Shown one piece after another: positions 12,571-24,615 of a DNA stretch of 64,000 bases (the first letter of the stretch is position 1; the number at the start of each line of letters is the position of its first letter). The stretch covers positions 186,001 through 250,000 of the forward strand of contig MU626262.1 in NCBI GenBank assembly GCA_025603075.1. Direction: 5' to 3'. Made by a program: the position numbers and the translations under genes. The DNA is from Neoconidiobolus thromboides FSU 785 (lineage: Eukaryota; Fungi; Entomophthoromycota). The notes beneath the pieces are model-generated. The model was not told the origin of the DNA. It did not search any database and was given only the letters and a program-made list of their open reading frames with translations.

Positions 12571-12669
12571 GGGAGTGTTTTTTTTGACTTCATTATTTTT
12601 TTCATTTTTTAAGCGCTATTTGAGTGGAAAATATGTTAGTAAAATTCTTAAACATAAAAATACATCCCC
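12571..12669 (+). mobile_element. MITE family A copy 6
   Basis: Consensus match; ATAT/ATAT. Confidence 0.92.
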
Positions 12670-12696
12670 ATATGCTTCACTAAGAAAGCAAGATAT

Positions 12697-12792
12697 GAGG
12701 GTGTTTTTTTACTGCATTACTTTTTCCATCTTTTAAGCACTATCTGGGCGAAAAAATTGCTAATAAAACTCTTAAACACAAAATATATCCCC
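12697..12792 (+). mobile_element. MITE family A copy 7
   Basis: Consensus match; ATAT/ATAT; 27 bp after copy 6. Confidence 0.92.
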
Positions 12793-13049
12793 ATATGATG
12801 ATAATGTTTATATAGAGCAATAAATATACAAACTTACAAAATGAATTAATACTCTTATTGAGACTAGTTGTGTAATTTTTGTATAAAAATAATATAAATT
12901 ATTGAATTTTGCACTACACTGATAAATCATAACTTATAATCTGTAATACTTTATAAAGCAAAAAATATCGAAGTTTTAATTGAATACATAGTTGCATGAA
13001 ATATCGCTTTGTCAGCTCTATGGTTGATTATAATATAACAATTACTTAA

Positions 13050-13459
13050 GTTGGCGTGTTCTCGAGTTCAGGCACAATCAATCCTGAATCTTTTATTTTG
13101 ATTTGCTATGAGAATTTCTGTTACGTAGTTCTGAAGAACATTATCTCCTCGTTTTAATATCCATACTTGTCGGTGTATAAAAGAGATTTTAGAACATAGT
13201 AACTCGAGACTTTTTAATTGAACTATTTTTTGATATCGTACCTTTAATAAAGCCACTGAATTTTCTTAATAGTATTTTACGTAGATTTTACAGTAGTATT
13301 GTCTATTCTATTTGTCTTACATAGCCTATAGCATATTACGTGGCATTCTTTATAATTCAGGTCCACCTTAGTTACATAACCTAAAACCTTTCGACTTATA
13401 GCATAGTCAACTAAGCAATGACTGCTTTTGACTCCAATCACTGGGTATCAGATTTCACA
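13050..13459 (-). pseudogene. Decayed coding remnant of a dispersed repeat (family B copy 1)
   Basis: 13140-13459 aligns colinearly with 35042-35361. One minus frame looks protein-like but is interrupted by stops, mostly TAA/TAG. Confidence 0.7.
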
Positions 13460-13532
13460 GCTATAAGCTAAAAATTAGCAATAAGTTTAGATTTAAGGTA
13501 AAGGCTTTAATCTATTAAATAAATAGTACATA

Positions 13533-13626
13533 GGGGATGTTTTTTTTGATTTCATCACTTTTTCCATTTTTTAAGCGCTATTTGAGTGGAGAGATTGCTA
13601 GTAAAATTCTTAAAAAACATATCCCC
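13533..13626 (+). mobile_element. MITE family A copy 8
   Basis: Consensus match with small internal deletion near right end. Confidence 0.88.
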
Positions 13627-15320
13627 ATAATTTGAATAAAAGCTTTATATAAAGTATTAAAATACAGGAACTCATATCAATATAATGGTTTTGATTTCAA
13701 ATAACTTTAAGTTTACTATTCAAATTTACATAACTAAAAAGTTTTTAGAAATATAAAGGATTTGGACTTTTGATACTATAAAGATTTTTAATAATTCCTA
13801 AAATAAAAAATTTTATTACATTAATTTAGCAGCATTTATCCCAAGCAAATATTTTAATTAAATTACTAAATTAATAATAGATATTTTTAGATATAAAAAT
13901 TCAAATTAATATAGAAAGTCACTTTATAGGATTTCTGATAAAAGGTATTATATAAATAGTATAAATATAAGTAAAAAATTTAAAAAATTAAAGTATATAA
14001 ATTTAACTATCAGATTTTCAAGTCATTTAAAAAGCAATAAAATATTGGAGTGGAAAAATAATCTTGTGTTCTTCGAATTTTATTACATATAAAGATATAT
14101 AAATTGAAACAGCAATATATGCTATAATACCTAAAAAATGAAATTTATTGGGATTACTATTATTACACTTTATACCATATTTTTATTCAAAATTGGTGTG
14201 TGCAAGGTGGGGTAAGTATTAGTTTTAACATAACACCTACATATGATTTATATTAAAATTACTATTAGCATAAAACTATACAAAACATCAGTATTTTATG
14301 TTTTGAAAAATACATAATCAAGCGGAATATATTTATGTAGTTACCAGTGATTTTGATGTAATAAGAAATAGGAAAAATTTGATTTATGTAGAGAAATTAG
14401 AAATTTTATCAATTCCTGTACTATTTATAAATCCCTTGATCTATATGTCCTTATAGACCAAAATACTCAACTATCAATTTAAACATCTCTAGTTTTATAG
14501 AGCATTATAAAATGAAGTTATTTATAAAAGTATGATTACTTTTTGTGTAAGATAAAAGTTGGATTCCATGAAAAAAATTACATAAAAAGTGGAACTATAT
14601 GTGAATCTAGCTTCTATAGTAAGAAGGTGGTAACATTTAGGATTATTTTTATATATATTTATAAGATTTAGTAGTTATGATAACAATTGAATTAGTTAAA
14701 AATCCTACAAATCATAATAGGATAGATGAAAATAAGAGTTACGCTAGTTAATTTCATTAATAGAACCGTATTATTTTAAAGATTTTATATTTAATATATT
14801 TAAAACAATTTCTTATTTTACATTAAAGTTCTTTTTTTGTTTTACTTAATTTTAGGAGTTATATTCTAAATTTAGTAATTTTTGGTTTAAAACGTTAAAA
14901 AATTCAACTTAAATATAATACGAAATAGACTTTTACAATATCATTAAAAAGAGTTGAATTCAATATTAAAACAATCATGAACTTTTGAGATTTAAGATAT
15001 ATTAAAATTTTATATTTTTATTTTCTATTCTATGAATCTTATATATTGAAAACTTACATCATTACCTTGCCCCTTTTACTTTAGACCCCTAAATCAAGTT
15101 TTTTTCTTAAAAATTTAGAGCCAATAAGCTTACCTAATACAAAAAGGGATAGGTGAGGACTAAGGATAGTATTCAGAATTTCAATAATAATTGAGTATAT
15201 TGTGGGTGATGTCAAACATAATTAGTTATAATGGAAGAATTGTTTTTACATCTTAACTTAATCTTAAACTTTTTATTTACTGTTTCTAGTTTATTTTTTA
15301 TTTATTATTTTTAATTCGCA

Positions 15321-15971
15321 ATGAAAGAATATCGAGTTGTAATATTAGGCGCTGGTGGTGTTGGTAAATCCGCTATAGTATGAGTTTTTTCTTTTTTATT
15401 CATTATTTGTTTACATATCATTTAATAGACAGTACAGTATGTTCAAGGAGTATTTGTTGAAAAATATGATCCAACGATTGAAGATTCTTACCGAAAAACA
15501 ATTGAAATTGAAGGTCAATCTTGTATAATGGAAATATTGGATACCGCTGGAACAGAACAATTTACTGCCATTAGAGAGTTATATATGCGAAATGGCCAAG
15601 GTTTTTTATTGGTTTATTCGATTACTTCTACATCTTCCTTTGAAGATGTATCCAATTTAAGAGATAATATTTTAAGAGTGAAAGGAACTACAAAGGTAAT
15701 TAATTTTAACGGCCTATAAAGTAAGCGTTTATTTTTAAAAAAGGTGCCTATGATTCTGTTAGGGAATAAATTTGATCTTAATTCAGAAAGAGCAGTAAGT
15801 ACTAAAAAAGCTCAAGAGTTAGCTAGCGAATGGGGTATGCCTTTCATGGAAACATCAGCAAGGTTATTTTTCAATATCAATGAAGCTTTCTCAACAATTA
15901 TACAACAAATTCATCAAATAACTCCACAAAATGTAAAGAAAACTAGGAGGATAAAGTGTCTTATTTTATGA
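15321..15971 (+). CDS. RSR1: Rap1/Rsr1-type Ras-family GTPase, 3 exons
   Basis: Exons 15321-15377, 15429-15695, 15744-15971. [26 protein letters not shown] (Thr at Ras position 61 is the Rap hallmark), NKFD, ETSA, CAAX CLIL. Confidence 0.93.
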
Positions 15972-17309
15972 CTTAATTCACGATCCTTTTGCGATTATTA
16001 AACGATAGTTTTTAGCTTTATTTTTTTATTAAGTAAGATTTAATTAAAAATGTATTTTATCAATAAATTGTACCCATTTGAGATTATTGCTAAGTGTATT
16101 GAATCATCGAATGTTATTATTGAATCTATGTGCCTTATTCTAAATTGATAGACAACATGACTATTTAATCATTGGTCGCTCTATTTTTATTAGTATGCAT
16201 ATTTATAAGTGAGAGCTAAATCCAAATTACCTGTTTCTTTTAACCAATAAATATCTCGCTTGGGGCATAACAATTTATTGATTTTATAATACAAATAGTC
16301 AAAATAATTTTACATCTTGTTTAACTTATATCATTTATGATTATAGAATTATAGAAGAAATACTAAGATGTGAGTTGTTTATTGGAAATTATATTTATTT
16401 AAAAAAGTGTAGAATTTTTATATTGTATAATAGTTATAAATGTCAAAATCCGATTTCAAATATTTTAAAGATTGTCAAGTTAGCTGTACAGGATAAAGAG
16501 AGAAATGAGATATCAATAAGTTTGGTTGCTTTTATAAGCTAATAGTTTTAATTATCATTATTTACAATACTACATTAGTTTATAATTAAAACTGAATTTA
16601 TATTGAAATTACAACACTAATTTACATTATGTTTTTTCGGATAGAATACTACTGCTCTTATGTGAAGCAAGGGAATATTAGAGAGGGATTGAGAAACTTG
16701 TATGTACTTCAACATTTGATTTCTTTCACTCAAGAGAACTTAAAATAACATTAAATTTTTTTTTAGAAATGTGAACTAATTTGCCTTTTATAGTAAATGT
16801 TTTGAATTTATCAATGAATACATTAGATAAAATATGTTAAATGTATTATTGTTTATCCATTTTATATTTTTATAAATTTCATTTGTCTATTAACCGATTA
16901 CATGGGTACCATACTTTCGTAAATTCATAGGGGATTGTAGCTTAATATCTTGAAATAAATTCAATTACTATATTTTCTTCCTTATACATGGTTTTGAGTT
17001 ATTAGGACTGCTAGCATGAAGTTACTACAATATATAGAATCAAAAGGCTAAGTATAACCAATAGCGGCTATATTATAACCATTTTTATATATTAAAATAT
17101 CATTTATTTGCTTTTATCTTTACAAAGTGAAAGCAGTAGAAATTTAAATACGCAACAACAAAAGATTAAAATGTTATTTTAGTGTTATAATTAAAAATTC
17201 AAAGTAATAAATGTCATAACATCATAACTATTGGCTTCCTTGTATCATTCTAACTTTCCTTCAGGTTCTTAGCCTATGAAGCTCATAGTCATAAATTAAA
17301 CCATTATAT

Positions 17310-17408
17310 GAGAATGTTTTTTCTAGTTTCATCACTTTTTCTATCTTTCAAACGCTACTTGAGTAGAAAGATTGTTAGTAAAATTCTTAAACAAAAAAAT
17401 ACATCCCC
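17310..17408 (+). mobile_element. MITE family A copy 9
   Basis: Consensus match; left arm of a 200-bp palindrome. Confidence 0.9.
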
Positions 17409-17412
17409 ATGT

Positions 17413-17510
17413 GGAGATGTATTTTTGTATTTAAGAATTTTACTGACAATTTTTCCACATAAATAGTGCTTAAAAAATGGAAAAATAATGAAACTAAAAA
17501 AAACAGCCCC
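17413..17510 (-). mobile_element. MITE family A copy 10
   Basis: Reverse copy separated from copy 9 by the 4 bp ATGT. Confidence 0.9.
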
Positions 17511-17989
17511 ATATAGTAATTTGATTTTTTATGTATCTTTTAGCCTATAATATATCAATAATTCATATCAATTTAAAGAACAAAGTTTGTCTCCAAAACA
17601 TAAAGTAATCTCAGGATTTCTGCCTAGATTTTATGAATACAATTTTAGAGGACAGCAAATTTCAGAAAATTGCAAGATTAAAAAAAGCGAAAGTGTTACA
17701 AATATGGTTAAATTCTGGTTATTAAACTAATATGTTAGTCAGTTAAATTGATTATTTTACAAAATCATATTGTTATTATTAGAATAAAAAATCTAACATG
17801 GTTTGGAAAGAAAGTTAAACAGGCGAAGTTTAGTATAAAAATGTCAATTGCATAATATAGATTGGCTTGGATTTATTATTCCCGAACAATGTGCGGCCAA
17901 AAAAAAGCTGTAAAAAAAGCTGAAATATATTTAAAAAGAGTAAAATCATATATCGTTGTCATAAAATCAATAAACATTTACATTAAAAG

Positions 17990-19576
17990 ATGAATCAAAC
18001 AATAGAGTTAAGAGAGCATCAAGTTGATAACGCAAAGTCATATGAACTTCCTAATGAGGATGGATCTAATGAAAAAATAAACCTATCCAAAGCACAATTC
18101 ATTATTATAATGATTGGATTATTCTTTACTATATCAGTAGCTGCATTAGATACTACTATAATTACAACTTCTGTTGGTGTTATCGCATCTGATTTAAATG
18201 GGTTTCAAGATATTGCTTGGGTAGCCACTGCCTATTTCTTAACTTCTAATGCCTTTGAACTTCTTTATGGCAAATTTTCAGATATATTTGGAAGAAAACC
18301 AACCATTCTTTTTGCTTTGAGTATCTTCTTGATCGGATCAATCTTGTGTGGAGTTGCACAAAATATTGAAATGCTTATCATAGCTAGGGCAATTGCAGGT
18401 ATTGGAGGTGGAGGACTAATGACTTTATGTACAATTATTATCTCTGATTTAGTACCACTCAAGAAAAGAGGTTATTATATGGGTTTGACTACTGGGATTT
18501 TTACAGTATCATCAACTTTAGGGTCAATTTTAGGTGGTATATTTGTTTTAAAATTATCATGGAGATGGTGCTTTTACATTAATATTCCTATTTGTGTTAT
18601 TGCCATGATTATTATTATTGTCTTTTTCCGCTTTCCTTCTGATAGTAATAATTTTAAAGAAAAGTTAAATAGGGTAGATTATTTTGGGTGTATCACACTC
18701 TTGATTTTCACTATACTGTTAACGCTGGCGCTTAATTGGGGAGGACAGACTTATTCTTGGTCATCGGCTGCCGTACTTGTTCCATTGGTTTTAAGTATTA
18801 TGTTTATGTTCGCTTTTATATATCTTCAGTTGAAAGTCTCAAAAGAGCCTATTATACCATCTAATATTTTAGTACGCAATGTCAACGCATGCGGTTTAAT
18901 CACATTCTGTAATGGAACCATTTTCTTTTCAATCATTATTTACATCCCCCTTTATAATCAAATTGCTTACCAAGAATCTTCACTGCAATCTACTATTGGG
19001 ATTCTTCCTGTTATTTGTGGAATGATTGTATGTTCTATATTTTCTGGTTCTATAATCAGTAGAACAGGAAAGTATCGCTTTTTTTCTATTATCGGTACCT
19101 TATTAGGATTCGTAGGCTCCATCCTATTGACCCAATTTGTCAGCGTAGATGTGTCACGTACCTTAATATATATATTTACAGCAGTAGTCGGTGCTGGGAT
19201 TGGGTTGTGTATGCAAGCTACTACAATTGCTTCCCAGGCAGCAGTGGGTGAAAAGGATCTTGCTGTAGTAACATCATTAATTAGATTTACTTTTTCATTG
19301 GGGGGTATTATAGGCATAACAGTATTGGGTGCGATTTACCAAAATGTTTCATCTAGTTTTTTAATGAAATATTCCAATGAAATTGATTTAGAGAAATTAA
19401 GTAAAGGAACTTTATATATATCCAGCTTACCTTTAGACCAAATTGTAAAGGTTACTGAGAGCTTTGCTGAGGCTTTTAAATACATGTTTTATGCAGGTGC
19501 TGCCTTTTTCGCTGTTGGATTTATTGCTTCTTTGTTTGTTGAACACATATCACTTAAGAGAATAGAAGAAAGTTAG
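17990..19576 (+). CDS. MFS drug:H+ antiporter, DHA2 (14-TM, EmrB/QacA) family; intronless
   Basis: AALDTTII, LYGKFSDIFGRK, RAIAGIGGGG, DLVPLKKRG, SWRWCFYINIP. Confidence 0.92.
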   Translation: MNQTIELREHQVDNAKSYELPNEDGSNEKINLSKAQFIIIMIGLFFTISVAALDTTIITTSVGVIASDLNGFQDIAWVATAYFLTSNAFELLYGKFSDIFGRKPTILFALSIFLIGSILCGVAQNIEMLIIARAIAGIGGGGLMTLCTIIISDLVPLKKRGYYMGLTTGIFTVSSTLGSILGGIFVLKLSWRWCFYINIPICVIAMIIIIVFFRFPSDSNNFKEKLNRVDYFGCITLLIFTILLTLALNWGGQTYSWSSAAVLVPLVLSIMFMFAFIYLQLKVSKEPIIPSNILVRNVNACGLITFCNGTIFFSIIIYIPLYNQIAYQESSLQSTIGILPVICGMIVCSIFSGSIISRTGKYRFFSIIGTLLGFVGSILLTQFVSVDVSRTLIYIFTAVVGAGIGLCMQATTIASQAAVGEKDLAVVTSLIRFTFSLGGIIGITVLGAIYQNVSSSFLMKYSNEIDLEKLSKGTLYISSLPLDQIVKVTESFAEAFKYMFYAGAAFFAVGFIASLFVEHISLKRIEES

Positions 19577-19961
19577 TATAGTTAATTCTTGATTTTATTC
19601 TGATTTTTTATAAATAAATTGTGAATAAGAAAAAGCTTTATTAATAGTATTTTAGTTTTAAACCCTTTTTAAATTTTAATGGTCTGTTAAAGATTTATTG
19701 TTAGAATCAAATAAATATTTTAGTTTAATATTTATATTGTTAGCTTATTATATAGTATAAGATAAAGATTTTTCAGAACATGTCTCAAATGAATGACTGC
19801 TTATATTGATCAAGTTGTTATATATAACGTATAACTCTATTTTAGTATTGAGATTACATAAATCAGTGACAAAATTTACTTGTTTATAAGCTGATCTAGA
19901 ACCATTTTTCACCTATACTATTTTAAGTTTATTAAATTTATTTTAAATAATTTAAAAATAT

Positions 19962-20059
19962 AGTGATATTTTTTATAGTTTTATTGCTTTTCCATTTTTT
20001 AAACGCTATTTGAGTGAAAAGATTGTTAGTAAAATTTTTAAACAAAAAAATTTATCCCC
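19962..20059 (+). mobile_element. MITE family A copy 11 (diverged left end)
   Basis: aacgctatttgagtgaaaagattgttagtaaaa...atcccc. Confidence 0.8.
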
Positions 20060-20209
20060 ATATCCTAAATTAACGACCTTGTACCTTTAACATGTATAAT
20101 TTTTTTATTGAAAATGTTAATCGTCTTTGAAAAATTTGAACACTCTAAATGCTATAGTAAGCTTTTGTTTGGAAAATATTTAAATTAATTAAAATGGTTA
20201 TGTACATAT

Positions 20210-20307
20210 GGGGATGTATTTTTTGGTTTCATTACTTTTTCCATTTTTAAGCGCTATTTGAGCGGAAAAATTGTTAATAAAATCCTTAAACACAAAAACA
20301 CATCCCC
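20210..20307 (+). mobile_element. MITE family A copy 12
   Basis: Near-consensus; ATAT/ATAT. Confidence 0.92.
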
Positions 20308-20369
20308 ATATGTTTAGATGAGATCACTGATGTTAACTCTGATAATGTATATTAATCCATATAACATAT

Positions 20370-20468
20370 GGGATTGTTTTTTTTGGCTTCATTACTTTTT
20401 CCATCTTTTAAGCGCTATTTGAGTGGAAAAATTACTAGCAAAACTCTTAAATACAAAAATACATCCCC
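20370..20468 (+). mobile_element. MITE family A copy 13
   Basis: Near-consensus; ATAT/ATAT. Confidence 0.92.
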
Positions 20469-21051
20469 ATATATAAAAAAACTATTTTTAATAAAAACCA
20501 GAGTATACTTAAATTCATGTCATTTTTAAGAGTTTTATTAGGAAATATTCGGATTTTTGATACTCTAGATATATCAATGTAAGTAAATAGCTAATAATTT
20601 ACAAGAGTATCTTAAAGCAAATTATGAATACAGTATAATGAATAATTGACAAAAATAGTCCACGTAATTAGATTTGAAATTTCAAATAGTATCTCAATTT
20701 TGAACAATGATAAAACAGGTTTATTCAGAATAACCAATATCGGAAATTAAAAATGTGGAGACTGTTATTAGACCACTCTATTATTTAACGACATATAAAA
20801 ATTAAATATAAAACTGTTTTTTATTGAACGAGGTAAGATCCATTATAAAACAAATATTCGAAAATTGTTGAAAAACTTCGCTTAATTCACTGACATAGTT
20901 CCAATTAAAAGCCGACAAATAATATCATAAAAGCTGTTACAAGTTTAAAGTGAACTCCATATTTGATTTTTACTTTTTATACTTTATTTAATATTTATTT
21001 ATATTTATTTAACTTATTATACATACATTTCAAATACTTTGAATATCAATA

Positions 21052-22314
21052 ATGAATTACGATATGGTCAATCAAATAGACGATTTTTTCGCTGATACAA
21101 TCTGTACTATTTTAACTTGGGGAATTAAGAATCCTAAATCAGCAAACACATTATCTTCTATTTGGTGCAGCGAAATGTTAAAAACGGATGGAGATGTAAG
21201 AAACAACTGAGAAAATAATAATAATAATAATAATTCCTCATTTTTATGATAGGTTCTAGATCTAGACGAAATAAATGAAGAGTCTTTAAAAGAAATAGAA
21301 ATGTTATTATATGATTTAAATTTAGACATTGAAAAAGAAGAAAACAATGAAAGAGGGCTAAAACTAAATTTGATACCAAGACCCTTCTATAAAAAGTTCT
21401 CCAGAAACTTGTGGTTAATGATAAAAATGGAACGGCCATCATTTACGTGGCACAAAAATGGAATAAAGTTAAACTTGTTAAGCCTTGATAAAAACTGTTT
21501 AAAGAGATTAGAACTAATTGAGAATAAAATTGGTGAATTTAAAAAGAACTGGTACTCTACTTTTGAAAATGAGAGCACATTTCAGAAATATAGTGACAAA
21601 GACGATTTAAGCTTGAACACTTTAAAAGAGTTCATTTTAGAGGTAAATACGTTTTTTTCTAACTAGAACCAAATAATACATTAAATAGTTTATAACTCCT
21701 GCGGATATAGGATTAATGTTGGGGTTATTTGAAACTGAGGGTAGTTTGTTTCGTAATATAGATTCCGATAAGCACCTTGTTTTGTTGCCAAGTATGGCTC
21801 AGTGCATCCATGCTTTTAGTGCCTATCATAAAACCAAAGATAAAAGTTGTCATAAAAAAGGAGCTAGACCAACACAATTAACCACTGGGGCTAGAGCCCT
21901 TACCAAGCATTGGCATCGTGATAGAACCACCTATTTTTGGCCCCAATGTTATGGAAGTAATAAATTTTATTTTCATCTAAATACTACTTACATATTTAGC
22001 TGAAAGACAAAAAAACAACCAAGCAAATGCCACATTAATCAAATTGATTAAAGACACAGCTTGGATGAACCTTCATTTATTACCTGTAAGTAAATAATTA
22101 AAATTTCTAAAATAGCTAATCTAATTTAATAACTGTAATATAGGGAGGTAAACCTGCTTTTGAAATTCGTAACATCCAAGGGTATGGCGCTCGTTGGGAG
22201 CTTAAGTTAAAGCTTGATCATGATGTTGATATTCTTGTGGTTGACCACATAATCTTTCGTGGATTATTAGAACCTCCCATGGAAGATGGACATACAAACA
22301 ATTGGCTACATTAG
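21052..22314 (+). CDS. Uncharacterized protein with C-terminal GARALTKH...GYGARW...FRGLLEP domain, 5 exons
   Basis: Exons 21052-21195, 21253-21642, 21689-21956, 22000-22085, 22144-22314 splice in frame via GT-AG introns with no stops. Ends EDGHTNNWLH*. Confidence 0.8.
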
Positions 22315-22870
22315 TTAGAAAATTATCTAGATATAGAGTAATCTATAAAATAATAAATCATAAACGTATCAAAACTTTTTCATTACATAAAAATAGCTTG
22401 AACTAATATAAAATCATATCACATAATAATATATATGAATGCCTTTTTGTCCCAATATTTAACTAGTAATTATTGCTTTATATTGCATAATAAGTGGTCA
22501 AAATATTGAAACAAAAAGAGTATTTGTATATTCAACTGTCGATTATTAAGCAAGAGAATGTTATACATTTGTTAATCCTGTAATATATAGTTTAATTTTT
22601 AATAGAAAAATAAATCATGTCGATATTATGTAATTGAATGTTTTATATCAAAAGATCAATATCTGTAAATTTAGAAAGCTCATAACATCAAGCAAATAAT
22701 ATCCTATAAAAATTAAATAAAAAATTACTTTTTAAAATGGCATTCAAACAAAAAATATCATTTTAATTTCTATTCAACTTTAATGCGTTAATATTACGGC
22801 TTTAAGCTTCTACATTAGTTTGGTTACTATATGTAAAGGATTAGTTTAAAAATCTTGAATTGTAAAAAAT

Positions 22871-23230
22871 TTACTTTGATCCACGGAGCCTTCCGCGGAA
22901 ATCTTTATAACAATTTGGGCAAAGCTGATGCATCAATTTAGGTTGACCGCAAGAATAACAACTAGTAATATTTTTCAAATTTTTGAGTCCTTTACCAGCC
23001 GCTCTCATTCTTTTTTTAGCATAGGATGTCTTCTTTTTTGGTACTGCTTTTAAAATGCTTTCTTTAAGATCATCAAGCCATTGTCCAACTCTTTCTGCTA
23101 CTGGAATCCAAGCGCTACTGACACTAACTTCTCTCCCTAAATAGTTTGATGTAGCTGCTATCGTTGGACCATTTTGTCTAGCTACTATTCCTCTTGGCAA
23201 TATATTCCAAATTAATCCTCTAATTCCCAT
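22871..23230 (-). CDS. MRPL32: Mitochondrial ribosomal protein bL32m
   Basis: AVPKKKTSYAKKRMR followed by CYSC...HQLCPNC zinc motif, with an N-terminal presequence-like extension. Confidence 0.92.
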   Translation of the reverse strand: MGIRGLIWNILPRGIVARQNGPTIAATSNYLGREVSVSSAWIPVAERVGQWLDDLKESILKAVPKKKTSYAKKRMRAAGKGLKNLKNITSCYSCGQPKLMHQLCPNCYKDFRGRLRGSK

Positions 23231-23841
23231 TATAAAATATTTACTGTTGTTTTGTGCTAATGAAAATTATAATCCCAGATCTTTTATTATGGGTTGAATT
23301 CTTTATGCAAATTTCTATCTGCTTGCATTTTGCTTCAACTTCTGCACTAGTTGGCGCAATAATTTTAGAATATTTCTTCGTTTCAGTGTTTTGTCAATAT
23401 GTTTAGTTAATTGAAAAAATCCTTCTATAAAAAGCATAATCAAATCTTTCTAAACTTCTTCAAGATTTTACCTACTTATTTTCTATAGTATAAAAGGATA
23501 TTTATATAAATAGATTTACTTTTATTTTAATAGTTTAGAGGTTTCCTATTTTCAATTATCGATTGGCTGTATATTTTTATTTAATACAAAATGAATTTAT
23601 CAAATATTCAATAATAACTGTAGGAAAATTTCTTTCTTGAGTTAAACCTTACTATTGTTCCTGAACCATAATAGAATTAATATTTGATACGATCAAGTAA
23701 ATACTACGCTTCCAACTGTTATCAGAGTTCAGAAAACTTTGCTATATATATTAGCTGTTTTATAAATTCAGACAATAATATGATTGAAAAGGCAATAGCA
23801 ATAAGTTTATCCATAGTATCTCTTAAAATCTTTGATGATAT

Positions 23842-23940
23842 GAGGATGTTTTCTTTGTCTTCATCACTTTTTCTATCTTTTAAACCCTATTTAAGTTGAA
23901 AGGTTGTTAGTAAAATTATTAAGCAAAAAAACGCATCCTC
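23842..23940 (+). mobile_element. MITE family A copy 14
   Basis: Consensus match; ATAT/ATAT. Confidence 0.88.
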
Positions 23941-24516
23941 ATATACTAAAACTAATATTAGAATGGTGATTTTATATCTATAGTTAAAAAGCTCACACGA
24001 TATTAGTCATAATTCAAGGGTAAGGCTTTGGAAAAGGGCCGATTTTTTATTAGTTTAAAGCTACCAAACAGTGGTTATAAATTACATTTAAAATTTTTAT
24101 ATTTTCTAAAATTTCCACGTTAACTAGGTATTTAAACATTTTAACCTTACTTTTATAGAATGTGAAAATGTCAAATATTAACAGTTGATTTAGTTAATTG
24201 ATGATATGTTTAATTTAAGATTTTTTGCAGAGACATTTAAAAAGGCTTATATTGTCTATCTACTTGATCGTTCTATTAAGACATGTATAATTAGGTAATA
24301 GCAAAAATTATAGTACTATCTTTAAATATATAAAGTTGAAATTCTTTATTTATTTCTTGATATAAGATACAACTTGATTATCTTATCTATTTTATAATCC
24401 TATTTATAATTAATAGAAATGTTAAAATATTTTACAAGTATGTCAAAACTGCTTTGTATTTTGTTCAACTTTAGAAACAATTGAGTAAAATATTGATTAT
24501 TAGCTAACTAACATAT

Positions 24517-24615
24517 GAGGGTGTTTTCTTTGGCTTCATTACTTTTTCTATCTTTTAAGCGCTATTTGAGCGGAAAATTTGTTAGTAAAGTTCTTAAACA
24601 TAAAGATATATCCCC
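24517..24615 (+). mobile_element. MITE family A copy 15
   Basis: Consensus match; ATAT/ATAT. Confidence 0.92.

Noticed and set aside
13050-13626. Family B remnants as the MITE's parent because each has a MITE nearby
   Set aside because: The MITEs lie on opposite sides in the two loci, and MITE density makes adjacency expected by chance.
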